Assembly: GCA_000708835.1 (NCBI GenBank)
Contig: DF237176.1
Location: forward strand, 62,001 to 126,000
Source of the DNA: Klebsormidium nitens
Taxonomy: Eukaryota > Plantae > Klebsormidiophyceae
Reading direction: 5' to 3'
Length of the DNA stretch: 64,000 bases
Both the position numbers and the translations under genes were made by a program. Below the pieces are notes generated by a model, which was not told where the DNA came from, did not search any database, and was given only the letters and a program-made list of their open reading frames with translations. Each line of letters opens with the position of its first letter. The first letter of the stretch is position 1. Below, piece by piece: positions 12,101 to 24,202 of this stretch.

Positions 12101-15100
12101 TTCTGTCAATAACAACGTACGTACATCAATGGAAGTATTCGTGGCCCGTCATTCTCGTCTTTTGACGCCAAACTTCGTCGGTGTCTCTTGCAGAAGGAGC
12201 ACATTGTCGAACACAACATCCAACATCTCGTTGTGGTATTGGAGGAAGTCATTGCCAAAATGCCTCCTGGTGTTGAAAAGTGAGCTGGCTTTTCCTTCAT
12301 CTCCCGCGATTGCCTTTAGAAAGAATGGCTCGCTTCTAACCGGATGTGAGATTCTGCTTGAACGTGTCTTTTGGCTTTCCAGCTGTGCTTGACAAGGGAC
12401 ACCGCTTGCTGGACGGCGTTGTTGTCAGCACGGCCTTGTCACTTAGTTGATGACGTGGCATGTCATACCAGAACTCCTTTGGCATCGGCCTTGTCTGCCT
12501 CTGCTAAAATTGGTTTGGCAGTCTTCAACCAGCTGTAAATGCAAAGGGATCACATCTGACGGCTTGCTTTTGAAACGTTATCCGTTTGTTAATATCGATT
12601 CCTTCACTTACAAGTTCGCTTTCATTCATGTGTTCCCTTACGAAAGGGCTCTCGTTCTGTCCCTCTCGCCTAAGTCCGGCTTTCTGCGGGTTGCACGAAA
12701 TTGAACACCGTGTTCTGGAATCCGGAAGGTGCTGATTCCGCTGGTCCATTCTCTTTGTGACGAGGCAAGCAAGATCCTCGGTCCGTGTCTGTTTGATTGA
12801 GACAGCCCCTCCACAATTACATCCCATCGGTACCTTCTTACTAGAGCTCGAGGCAGTTTTGAAATACTGCGCTGTCTTCCGTGCAGCTACGTTTGGGTAA
12901 CGGACTTTCACGGTTTCGGCATGGTGGACTGCAACCCGAAGCTCCCGCTAGCATCGAACGAGGTCTTTGGCAAGTGAGTACGCTCATGCGGCGACGAGTC
13001 TCCTTCTGAACAGACCGCGAGACTGTGACCCTCCTTTTGGTCATTTCTTGACTCTCTTCTTACGTCCTACGTCCATTGGACTGGCGCTTGGGTTTTTTTG
13101 ACAAATTGAAGCCCGAAATTCTAGAGCGGGTTGATACTTGCTCTTCTACAAAGAATTTGTGAACGCCTTGTTCGAATGTCCTGCCGACAGCTACGAAGAT
13201 AGCTTCAACATCAGCCAGTGGTAAGTGCAAGTTGCAAGCCAGTCTCCCGAGAGGATCAGACCACGTCCACTGACCGCCAGCTTTGAAAAAGTCCTCATAG
13301 ATTCTCGCTGCCGATTTACTATTTCTTTGTTCTGTGCAGACATTACCCGGAACGAGTGGGCACGTACATATTCGTCGAAGTGAGCATCTCCCTTAAAATT
13401 TGCTCTGATTGTCGCAGAGTTCCAGGCACAGCCCTTAGAAATTATAGTTGGCAGTCTTGTGAAACCTTCTTTGGAGGGGGTTCCCGTTCGTAGCCTTCCT
13501 AGCACGCGTCTATCGGGTGCTAGCTGTCTCCTGGCGGAAAGCGTACAACGAGTAAGGTGCAGGCAACGTTTGAAGGTAGAGGTACTGCTCTGTAGGGATT
13601 GGCATCCCGCCTTGTCACGCAATTTGGACGCATTTGTTCTCGCCAAGAGTCATTTTCTGGCCCCCTGGCGATCGGTTCTGCGCTTCTTTAAACGGCGGCC
13701 GCTTTAGTGCGTCGTTGAGACTCTCCAGAGAAACCCACATGAGGCGGTCGCATCGAAGCGCGTCATATTGTGCAATTTCGCAGGCCTTGAATCTCGGGTA
13801 CGCTCTAGAATCGGCTTCGGCCGCGGTATTCGTCGCCCTAGTCCTTCATCACTGGATATAAAGTTGCACGGATTCGGCCGAACGACCGTTTCTCCTCATG
13901 CATGCCGGGGCGCCGCTGCAGGCCGCCATAACAATCCGTGAGATTCTCGAAGCAGATCTCCAGACAACATGACGTCATGATACGCGTGGGCCTTGTCTAA
14001 GCTCTATCTCGTGCAACTCTGCAGGCCCCAAAGATCTTCAGCGGGCTCTGGAAGCAGATTCGGGTCTTTGTCGACAAGCGGACGTACCGGAAAGCCCAAT
14101 TTGTCGAAGGCCCGAAGAAGGAGAAGGGCGCGAAGCTGCGCGCGCGGCTGGCCGAGATCTTCGACGAGGAGCTCGTGGACTGGCTCATGGTCGAGGTAAG
14201 TGGACTTTCGTGTCGAACTGCTGCTACGTGCGCACCGTATGTCATTGATGGTTGGCAAAGCAGGGTTTGTTTCAACTAACGAGACTTCGGAGGGGCTCAT
14301 TGGCTTGCTGTTTGGGTTCACTAGAATGCGGTGTATCCTGGACAAAGCGGGTGCCTTGAGGTGGCCAACTACCTTTGAAAAAACTCAAAGACCTGCGCAT
14401 CGTTAAAGTGGGCGTTCTGTTCCGCGGAACGCCGGACGTCCAAGGTTAGCGGCAGGGGGTCTCACGCAAATTTGAGTGAGAATCGCGAACGTCAAGTACC
14501 GGGTTTCGTGCCGGTAACCAGCGCAGCGACGGCCGAAGTCCTGGCTCAGTTTCAACTTTATCGAATCAGTCGCCGTGACATGACGTCAGTGCTGACATTT
14601 TGAAACGCTCACTTTAACGCGAGCCCCTTGGCCACCACGGTAAGCTCTTGGAGGGGGCCAAAATCGATTGGCAGAAATCGTCATCACGACCCTCGGCAGT
14701 GCGCTCAGACCCTTCGCAGATGTTGAATGAGAATGGTGCGCTCGTTGTCGGACGCTTCAGATTGCTGCCGGTCAGAATCTGATTTGGGACTAGGTATTCC
14801 ACTGTTCGGCTGCCCAAGTGCGCCGTGAAGCGTGGGTTGCGCACGGCTCGTTTCTTGGTAGTACATTGCAAGGCGACTTTAAGAAGCGTTTGTGCTCCTT
14901 AGAGAACTTGATTGCAGCCAAAATCAGATCCCGAAGTTGAACGTTCGCAATCAAGCGTCGGGAATTGGGAGCATCAGGCCCGGAGAAAGAAATGCTAAAA
15001 CCGGGCTTTAGTTTTCGGTTTGCTGCCGCCGTTCTGAGTGGAACGACTATGCGTTGCCTGCTGTTGGTAAAGCTCCGTGCGCTTTGCGACGTCGCTGACC

Positions 15101-15300
15101 TTGTCTGCTGTGCATTGCAGATGGTAGAAAACCGGGATAAAAAGAAGGCGAAGGAGAAGCATAATCCGGAGCTTTACTCGTACACTGCTGAAAGCTTAGA
15201 ACGCGCCTTAGCGAGCAATGTCCACGATCCGAGGGGCCCAAGGTCACACTTGCAGCGGTTGCTCGAGAGTGCACAGGGGAAGGGCTTAACAAGGACGTAA
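9195..15300 (+). CDS. SEC14/CRAL-TRIO lipid-binding protein, 11 exons, ~328 aa
   Basis: Exons 9195-9284, 9651-9708, 10113-10182, 10547-10625, 11014-11079, 11498-11557, 12194-12279, 12887-12973, 13340-13379, 14025-14195, 15121-15300; all phases join (987 nt). Motifs: DEQCLLRFLRAD..DVKKA (CRAL-TRIO_N), GFDKFGRPALY, VWVTDFHGFG, HYPERVG..IFVEAPKIFSGLW, FVDKRTYRKAQFV. Confidence 0.92.
11984..12177. repeat. Imperfect ~90-bp direct duplication in a SEC14 intron
   Basis: cgttgctcac..aacaacgta..tggaagtattcgtggcc.gtcattctcgtcttttgacgccaaacttc occurs at ~11984-12070 and ~12090-12177. Confidence 0.85.
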
Positions 15301-16043
15301 ACGAATGTAGATAGTCAGTTATGAGATAAACGATGCGAAGTCGGCTCTGCATTTTGCTTCCGGTTCTTAATCAGGTTCGAGGAGCCATGCATGCAATCTC
15401 AAGTGTCATGTCCAAGTGGAGAGCGCGCGCACGAATGGAGCCCGCTGCGCACGCGCGCGCGCTCAGGGCTAGTTCTTCTGCTGTTTGCTTGCAGTCCTTC
15501 ACAATTGATTGGCTGCATATGTATGTACTTGCAGTGGACTTTCGCAAATGACGCATCATAGCAAACCGAGCAATCCACAGCGCAGTGCGTGGTCCAACGC
15601 ATGGGATAATCATTGTTCCCCGCGGCGCATGACCCAATATTTGTGCGGAATGCAGGCTGAGGCAGACTCGGACTCGGAGCTATACTAAGCTACCCAAGCA
15701 ATGGATTGCATCTGATTAAACCGAGTCACTGCATGCTTTATCGCTAATTAGTCAATTAGACGCTTGGCTGTACATCATTGACCTGCCAGTGTAGGCAGTT
15801 GGCAAGTGCAGCGCAACGCCACTCAGTCAGATGTCTGCCCGCTGCCACTGGAGATGTCGCAGGTCTGGAGACAACTCGGACAGAAGAACGTTTGAGATGT
15901 AATCATGTTGAATTTTGTGGAGCTTCGTTGGAACTTCATGAACGTTGATGAATTATGGATCGGACGGTACCAAACCCGTATGATGTTCGTCTGGACATTG
16001 GACTCTGGAGTCTGGACAGTGGAAGTGTATCCGCAATCTGCCT

Positions 16044-16070
16044 GCCACGTGGAAGTCGCCTGGTGCGCGC
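16044..16070 (+). promoter_or_regulatory. G-box/ABRE-like GCCACGTGG followed by GGTGCGCGCAC upstream of gene A
   Basis: GCCACGTGG at 16044-16052, 582 nt upstream of the ATG. The same motif block recurs upstream of paralog B. Confidence 0.45.
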
Positions 16071-16625
16071 ACAGTGTGCGCTGCACTCTTGCACTGGCAG
16101 AGGGAACCCCCAACTTTGCCCCCATGTGCAGTGTGCACAGCTTCTGTCGACACATTCTGGCCATATCCGAGCAAGATCAGCTTGATGCAGTCCTTCCAGC
16201 CAGCTGGCAGATGTCAGCTCATATTCCCTCTCTTCGTGGCTAAAGTTTCCCAAATTTCAGAAGCAAAGCAGGAATCAGGATAGACGAGCAGTCCGCGAAT
16301 CCTAGCACTACCGAAGACATTCCCCTTCCTCAAGAGTGGGCGGAGCTTCAAGCTGCATCAATCCACCATTTGAACCATTGAAGCACCCGACGCGCTCCTT
16401 GACGTATCAGACGGCGGTCTTTAATTTTAAAACGGCCGAGTTTGTGCTTTTTGACTGCACACAATTTCTAGCTTACCAGTCAACCTTAACCCATTGCCAT
16501 TCTCACTCCACCTTCGCAACTTTCAGTGAGCTGACCTCCCTTTCTGTGCCTCTGACTTTATCAGGCCTGATCGCCACTGCTCATCTTTTGCTTCTACCTC
16601 CATACAATTTCCGCCACATCTTTTA

Positions 16626-18459
16626 ATGGCGCAACCTTCCCACTCCGAGATCCCAATCGCTAGCGCCGCCCCCCCTCCGGCGGCATACGGTGAGAACTAC
16701 AAGCAGGAGAAGCAGTATACGGAATATGCAACGCCTCCGTATGGCCAACAGTACCCCCCCCAAGCGGTGCCGATTGCGCAAGGGCAGCCAGCATATTATG
16801 CACCTCAAGGGCAGGGTTATTATCCCGGTCAATCAATGCCTGGTGGAGGCGCATACCCCCCGCAACAGCCGAGCGCTTTCCATGTGGTTCAGGTAAAGTG
16901 ACGATGCTCGTTACATGCAAAACCCTCATCAGATGCTTCAAAACCGCAAATTAGAGGTACCCCCATCCCCTTGAACGGAAACGGGCTGACAAAAAGTCTT
17001 CTATGAAGGTTTTCAGAAGGCGTTACATGTGAGCGCAATTGCATCGCCCTGCTTCGCTGTGAGTGCATGCACCAGAAGTGAATGGGTACACAGGGTTGGG
17101 CAGTCCCCTTCAGCCGCTGAAAAGTAGTTAGAATACAGGGGGTGTATCCACGCCCATAATGTCAACATTGCTCTCCTGATTGTACTTTGAAGTCTATTCC
17201 TTTAAGCTGGCAGTGCTGCTTCAATTGTTGTCCACTTTAGGTTATCTTTAACAGTAGCTATAGTACACTTAAATTATGAAAGAAACGAAGCTAACATAAA
17301 AGAGGCTAATGGCAAACCTCTTCCCGCTCCGTAGCTGTGCAAATCTAAACCCCCTTATCAACCCCAACCTTTCCCAGTATTGTAACATGAGTATATTATG
17401 AGTGAGCTCGAGGCAACTCAAGTTACTCAGGAGAGGGGTCATTTTGTCCATTGACTTATGTCGAGAAAGGGCGATCGGTACAAAGTGGTAAATGTCATAA
17501 CTTGCTGCGTCTACAGCGCAACAAATCTTTAGCAACGAAGGAGCCTTCATTTTTGACACATCTGCTTGTAAGTTTGACCCGCTTTCAGTACGTACATTGC
17601 ACTCCTTATGTCCACATAACCAGAAGCCGAGCTGACTTCCAGCAAGCCCGCCACTCCCTTGAAACCAATTATCTCGAGAAGAGGCTGCATTTCATGGGCG
17701 CTCAAGAGGGATCCCCGATGCACTCAAAAGCCCCCCTGTTACTTGCAAGGAAACTGTTTTTTATGTGCTCTAAAAGCCGTCGTTCCAGAGTTGACCATTT
17801 AACATTCCCAAGCCCGACTCTCGTCTGCAGGTAGTCCTGATAAACCGTTTGAGAGCGACGAATTGAGGAAATGCAAATGTCGATTTTAAAGTTCAGAGGC
17901 CTTTTGGCAGGGTAGCAAGCTTTTCCTTGCTCTGCCGGTGGAAGCAGTTCTGCTTGACTGTCTTCATATCACGGATGATCTCTTGTGAAGAAAAGAGAGT
18001 AGTGCAGCTCGCACCAACCTTTTTCATCTGATTCTTTTCAAGTCTGAACAGGGTGGATCAAGACCTGTGATCTTCACGCAGGCAGGGAAACCGGGCCCGT
18101 TTTCTCCTCCACAAACCTGACAGGTCCCCCAGAACTTCCGACAAGCCATCCAGTAACTAGAACGGGAACTTTCTCTGAACCCACGCTGTTGCTCCTTGCA
18201 GGTGCCGCCGCACCAGCCGTCTCGCAACCAGCACTGCTGCGCAACCCCTGACTGGATCTTCTTCATTCTTGGATGGATATTTGGTATTTTCTGGCCTATC
18301 GGGGCCCTGCTTCCGCTTTGCCGCACACCCAAGTTTGCAAACCCCACAGTCAAGGCGGGCTGGGTTGCCAATTGCATCGGGACGGTTCTCCTCATCGCTG
18401 CGATCATAGTTATCATCGTCGCAAGGCCCAAGTCGGATGATCCTTATTACAGGTACTGA
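16626..18459 (+). CDS. Small membrane protein A (174 aa): Pro/Gln/Tyr-rich N-terminus plus Cys-containing hydrophobic C-terminus
   Basis: Exons 16626-16892 (gtaaag donor) and 18202-18459, phase 0. C-terminal part: VPPHQPSRNQHCCATPDWIFFILGWIFGIFWPIGALLPLCRTPKFANPTVKAGWVANCIGTVLLIAAIIVIIVARPK. Confidence 0.88.
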
Positions 18460-19513
18460 CCACGGTTAAGAGGAACCCGCTGTTTACCTAGTCCGGTTAA
18501 GCGGCGATTGATGGTGGAAAGTGGTCAGAGACGTAGTCCGGATGCTTCATTGTTCTGAAGTAATGACGAGGAGACGCAAAGCTTTGCTGCTATTCGGGAG
18601 AGTAGTGGTCAGAGTGTTGAGAGAGTGTCCGGGGGCCAATCAGTGCTTGAAGCTGTCGGGTGCTGCCTTTGATAAGCTTTTATTCCAGCGTGGCGATTGC
18701 CTGTTGGCGCTTCCGTCAGTCGCTCGATCAGACCGGCGACTTGTATATTGGATTGATTAGATCGTACTTCACAGCCAGGTAGTCCACGTAGCTAGCGACG
18801 TCAACTGCATGGACGTAATGTCCAGCCAAGAATCGTTTCCTTACGATCCGGCCTAGGTTTACAAAACCCATGTAAGGAATAGTCGCTTGTATAGGTGTCG
18901 TTGGAGAAGAGTCGGCGAAGATGCAATCGACGCGCATCTTAAGCATGCCAATAGATTGTTGGATAGCACATCTTCTAAACCACGTATCGATTGCTGGAGC
19001 TCACTTGTAAGCTGTCGGAAGCGCCGCCATCAGGCGTTTACAATGAACGCAATCCTGCAAACAAACCATTGAGCAGTGCATTGTCCAACGCATGGCATGA
19101 TCATTGTTCCCGCGCGGCGCATGACCCAATATCTGGGCGCATTGCAGGCTGCATGAGGCAGCTTTAGTAGTTTAAAATTGCGTTCTGAAAGGAAGTGCGT
19201 TAGTCAGTTAGACGCATGGCATACATCATTGATCTGTAACTTGTATTAAGTATTCAATACTAATACAAGTTCGATCGAGGCAAAATGATTTTGCCTCGAT
19301 CGCGAACTTGGCCGACTGGACTCTGGAGACTCTAGCTCTAAGTTGACTCTGGAGTGTGAACAGCGCCGTCAACGAACTTTTCGGTATGTCTCCTATAGGA
19401 GCTTCAAGGACGTCGATAAGATGGATCGAAGTCATCGGACGGTTCACAAACCTGTATAAACAGTACAACATCGACGTTTCTCCGTACAGTGAAAACAAAC
19501 TCGCGGAAGGCTT

Positions 19514-19540
19514 GCCACGTGGAAGTCGCCCGGTGCGCGC
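19514..19540 (+). promoter_or_regulatory. G-box/ABRE-like GCCACGTGG followed by GGTGCGCGCAC upstream of gene B
   Basis: GCCACGTGG at 19514-19522, 591 nt upstream of the ATG; positionally conserved with the gene A copy. Confidence 0.45.
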
Positions 19541-20104
19541 ACGATATGCGCTGCACTCATGCAGCTAGTAGTAGAGGGAACCCCATCATGCGCACAGCTT
19601 CTGTCGACACCATCGGCCGTATCCGGATCCCTGGGCCGAGGCTTAAAAGTTAAGATTCAACCAGCTTCCAGCCAGCTGCAGCAGATGTTACCTAGCTCAT
19701 AATTTCTTCTCTTCACAGAATTTCTCAAGTCGAATCTTGAACATAAGAATCAGAATTGACCGGTCTTTAGCGCTACCAAAGACGTAGGCTTTCGACCTCC
19801 TGAGGAGTGGGGCGGAGCAACAAGCTGCATCATCCACCATTCAAAGAAGGCACGCGCTGCGCTCCACTTGCAGCATCAGAAGGCGGTCCTCCAAAGGCGG
19901 CCCAATTCACGCTCATCAGGTGTGTACTGAGCTCCTTTACCCATTGCCATCCGGCCCACTCCACCTTCGCACCTTCTAGTGAGCTGACCTCCCTTTCTAC
20001 ACAGCTGTGCCCCTGACTGTAACACGGCCAGCACACGCTGCGCATCTTCTGCTTTTACCTCTTAGGTACATTATTCGCGCAACAACTTTCGGTTTTCCAA
20101 ATTA

Positions 20105-22111
20105 ATGGCGCAACCCCCCCACTCCGAGATCCCTGTCGCGAGCGCCGCCCCGCCCCCGGCTGCATTCGGTGAGATCAACAAGCAGGAGAAGCAGGATACG
20201 CAGCACACAACTCCGCTGTTTGGCCAAAAGTACACCCCCGAGGGGGTGCCAATTGACCAGGAGAAGCAGAATAAGCAATACACAACTCCGCCAACGTTTG
20301 GCCAAAAGTACACCCCCGAGGGGGTGCCGATTGCCCAGGAGAAGCAGCATACGCAATACACAACTCCGCCGACGTTTGGCAAACAGTACACCCCCGAGGG
20401 GGTGCCGATTGCACAAGGGCAGCCGGCATATTATGCACGTCAGGGGATCCCTGGTGTTCGCGCTTTCCATGTGGTGAAGGTGAGCTGACGATGCGCACCA
20501 CATGTTGAAACCTCATGAGACGCATCAAAAACTGCAGGTATTTCCATCTCTTTTGATAAGAATGCACTTACAAGAAGTCGAGATGGAGCTACTTGGGAGG
20601 CATTATGCAAGCGCGAGTGCATCGCTGTCTATGCAGCTTTGAGAACTCTTACTTTACTATGAGTGGATGCACAAGAAGTGGGTTATTCACAAGATTGGCC
20701 ACTCCCCTTCAGCTTCTGAAAGTACTCTGATACACTGGATTCTTTTCACGCCCGGTATGTTGACATTGCTGTCCTGATTTAACTTCAAACCAACGTCACA
20801 TGAGTGGCAAGCGAAGGGCTGCTTCACCTTTCTCTGCTTCTGCTAAGGTTATATGAATATACAGAATCCCTATAGTAAGCTCAATTTAAAATCACAACAA
20901 AGCCAACACTAGAAACTTAAACCCAAACCTCTTTCCATTCCGTACGCGTGCCCACTCTAGAACCCTACTAAAACCACCCTCCCGGTTTCATAACTTGAGC
21001 TGATTGTGAGCGATCTGGAGACAACTGAAATCACTTAGCCGGAGGGCTCCAAGCATTATATGATAGGGGGTCATTTGTCTATAAGACTCATGTCGAGAAA
21101 GGGCAATCAGTCTGGAAATACAGAAGATTGGTGTGTCTACATGGTGACAGATTGGAAAGGATGGGATGAAGGTTTTTGAATCATTCTTTATTGCGCGGCT
21201 CTTCAGCGCATATTTGCACTCCTTCTTGTCCACAATCCCAAAAGCTGACCTGATATTGGCAAACCCGCACCCCCTAATATAACCAGCTGCGTGGAGAAGA
21301 GGCTGATATCATGTATCCTCGAGAGGGATCCCCCTGGTTACTTGTTGGTAATCAAACCGATTGTTGTCTCAGGTGCTCGTTAACAGACAGGGTTGACTCT
21401 TTACCAATGTCAGGCCCGATTCTTGTCCTCAAGCACTGAGAGAGGATCCTAAGAATGACGGGTCAAAGGATATCCGGAGGTCGAATTCAAAGACCAGAGC
21501 CCCTTGACAGGAGAACATGCCGTTCCTCGTTCATCCATAAGACGCGCATCTGCTTGACTGCAGTCTGTATCACGTTCATTTTTAACAAAAGGAGAAAGCA
21601 GGGCAACTGAAATCGTTTTAGTGAACCCCATTTTACTCAGTCCCGTTTCAATCAGTCTCCTAGACTGAAAAGGGCCGATCAAACCCTGCGATGATTCTCT
21701 CATGTAGACAACATTCTGCCCGGTTCTTTCCCACAGTTGCGCTCAAAGCCACAAGCCTTCCAGTACTTCGACATACCTAACAAAAAGTAAAACAGGAATG
21801 CAGTACAGAAACAAGAGCGGGAAACTTTTTTGAACCCACGTTGTTGCTCTTTGCAGCAACCGCACCGGCAGTCTCGCAACCAGGACTGCTGCGCAACCCC
21901 TGACTGGATCCTCTTCGGCCTTGGCTGGATTTTTGGGATCTTCTGGCCTATCGGGGCGCTGCTTCCGCTGTGCCGCACACCCAAGTTTGCAAACCCGACC
22001 GTCAAGGGGGGGTGGTTTGCCAATTGCGTTGGGACGGTTATCTTCATCGTTGTGGTTATAGTCATCGTGACCGCACGACGCAAGTCGGATGATTCCTATC
22101 ACAGGAACTGA
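20105..22111 (+). CDS. Small membrane protein B (209 aa), tandem paralog of A with a triplicated N-terminal segment
   Basis: Exons 20105-20479 and 21857-22111, phase 0. C-terminal part: DCCATPDWILFGLGWIFGIFWPIGALLPLCRTPKFANPTVKGGWFANCVGTVIFIVVVIVIVTARR. Confidence 0.88.
20183..20413 (+). repeat. In-frame coding tandem repeat, three units (75+78+78 nt)
   Basis: Units start at 20183, 20258 and 20336 and encode QEKQ.(T/K)Q(H/Y)TTP(PT/L)FG..YTPEGVPI(D/A). Confidence 0.95.
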
Positions 22112-24202
22112 TCACGGTTAGGGGAACCCGCTGTTATTCTAGTCCGGTTAGTACTGCATGAGTGCTGGACGATGGTCAGTGACGTAGTCCGCGGATGCTT
22201 TACCGTCCTGAAGTTCTTATGAGGAGACGCAAAACTTTTCTGTCTATTCGAGATAGTATTGGTTAGACTAGAGTTGAGAGAGTGTCCGACTGGGGGCCAG
22301 TCAGTGCTTGAAGCTGCGGGTGCTGCCTTTCGATAAGTGTTTGACTTCAGCGGCGATTCTCCGTTGGCGCTTCTGTTAGTTGCTCGATCAGACCCGCAAC
22401 TTGTAACGGGTTCGATCATTTAGAAACGAATCAGATCATATATAGCCAGGTGATTCACGTAGTGACAACTGGACGTAAGTTTCAGCCGAGATTCGTCTCC
22501 TTATTTGGGCCTTTACGGGAACATGTGAGGACTAGTCGCTTGTATAGGCATTGGAGAATTAGATTGAGAAAATGCAAGACGCTCTTTGAGCATGCCAGTA
22601 GATTGTTAAGGATAGCAGACTATCGAACCCATGTTTATTGTTGAGGCTTGTACACAGTCAATCGAGACCCGGTTGTAAGTACGCTTCTCTGTATAGGCAG
22701 GGAAGATTGAGTCTATCAATGATCTGGAAAAAGGAAACCTTTCAGACGATCTTGACCTTAATTACGATCTTGTGTGAAGTTTCAGAGCGCATGTGTCCTT
22801 AAATAGGGGACTTTTAAGTCGGAAGTGTTCTTAAAGTCGTTTGAAGACCGTGATCAACGATCGGGGTTTTCATTCTTTGTGCTTATTGAGCTGTACGGTT
22901 GGAAGCCGCCATCAGGCATTTACAATGAACGCAATCCTGCTACGATTACATCGTACGTACTGTACAAGCTAGAGGGTTTTGAAGCTAGTCCTATCAATCA
23001 CAGGATCGCGCGCCCTGAGTCTTCACATGCACACGGTCAGGGTCATTGGTAACGTGCATCACTGATCGGCCTCGGTTCTAGCGGCCTCCTTTCAATGCTC
23101 TCGCACAAGCTTGTGAATTGGTTGTATTCGATCCGGCAAGCAGGCCAGTCCTGTCCGTCGCGATCGCGTTGCACTATCATATTTGAAAACAGTCCGAGTC
23201 ATATTATTGTGTAGACCTGCTCTACAGAGTTATACATAGGCGCTCGAAAGGCCGGGGTCCCCGCGCGGTGACTCAATCCAAATCAGGCATTTGCATGAAT
23301 GGATTTGCGACATGCATGATAAGATAATAGCTCGCTGGTTATGTTTATTGCATGTGTACGAGCTTGAAAGCTTAATCGAATCTCAGTGCAATTATGCCAT
23401 GCATCTAGCTCGATCAGTCTTGCTTGGCACTTCGAGCGCCTGCAGAGACGGTCCCTACAGCTAAGTCTTGAACGTCCAATCGCTTATACAACGCGGTCGA
23501 TTCGGATCTCGTGCAGAATGAGACGTGCCATTGTGCTCGGATCTATTCACGGCAGCGTGGCTAGTACTACCTTCCATGAAATAAGGCGGCTGCCGTGCCA
23601 GCAGGGACGTTATACAACTCGCGTCATCGGATTGATCGATGATTTATGTACGTGTGTACGAACTGCTTCATAAGAGTGCGATGATCAGACATGCAGATGT
23701 TGCAATGAACAGCGACGGTAGTCCCGGCCGGCCGGCCGACTCCTCGACTGAACATCAATTAATAGGTGGGATGCTCAACGTCATGCTCAGCTAGATTATG
23801 TCTAGATGCATTTTCAAAGGGCCTAGGCAGATTGATGCGGCCGCGGGCCGGGCACTGAACCTCAACCTCAACCAGACATGAGCCATAACCACAGCAGTAT
23901 AGCTATTAAGCGCTTACTCTGGAGTGTTCTCAAGTCAGCTCGAGCAGTACGTCGCAAAAGCATTCGAGCCGACGTTTCTCTTTGCCCCGCGTCACTGTAC
24001 CCAATAACAAGGCTCCGATCTTGCGAGTTACACGACAGATTCCGGCCCGCCGTTCCGGAGTTTCCAACCGAACAACCAAGAATGGCACTGACCTTACCGC
24101 GTCCAGTTATTGGAAGCAGTTATGACATCAAGGGTAACAGTTCCTCTGCTCTACTCCAGCTCTCTCATATAATTTGACGTGCATTCTGCTGACGCACCAG
24201 TA

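Larger units (their letters stand above)
15575..22940 (+). repeat. Diverged ~3.5-kb tandem segmental duplication carrying membrane-protein genes A and B
   Basis: Matching non-coding anchors: gtccaacgcatgg...cattgttccc.gcggcgcatgacccaatat at ~15590 and ~19085; gccacgtggaagtcgcc at 16044 and 19514; tagtcgcttgtatagg at ~18880 and ~22533; ccgccatcaggc.tttacaatgaacgcaatcctgc at ~19024 and ~22907. Exons and intron segments are also homologous. Confidence 0.85.

Noticed and set aside
20183-20413. CRISPR-like repeat array
   Set aside because: The units are contiguous in-frame coding repeats with no unique spacers, in a eukaryotic exon, with no cas genes nearby.
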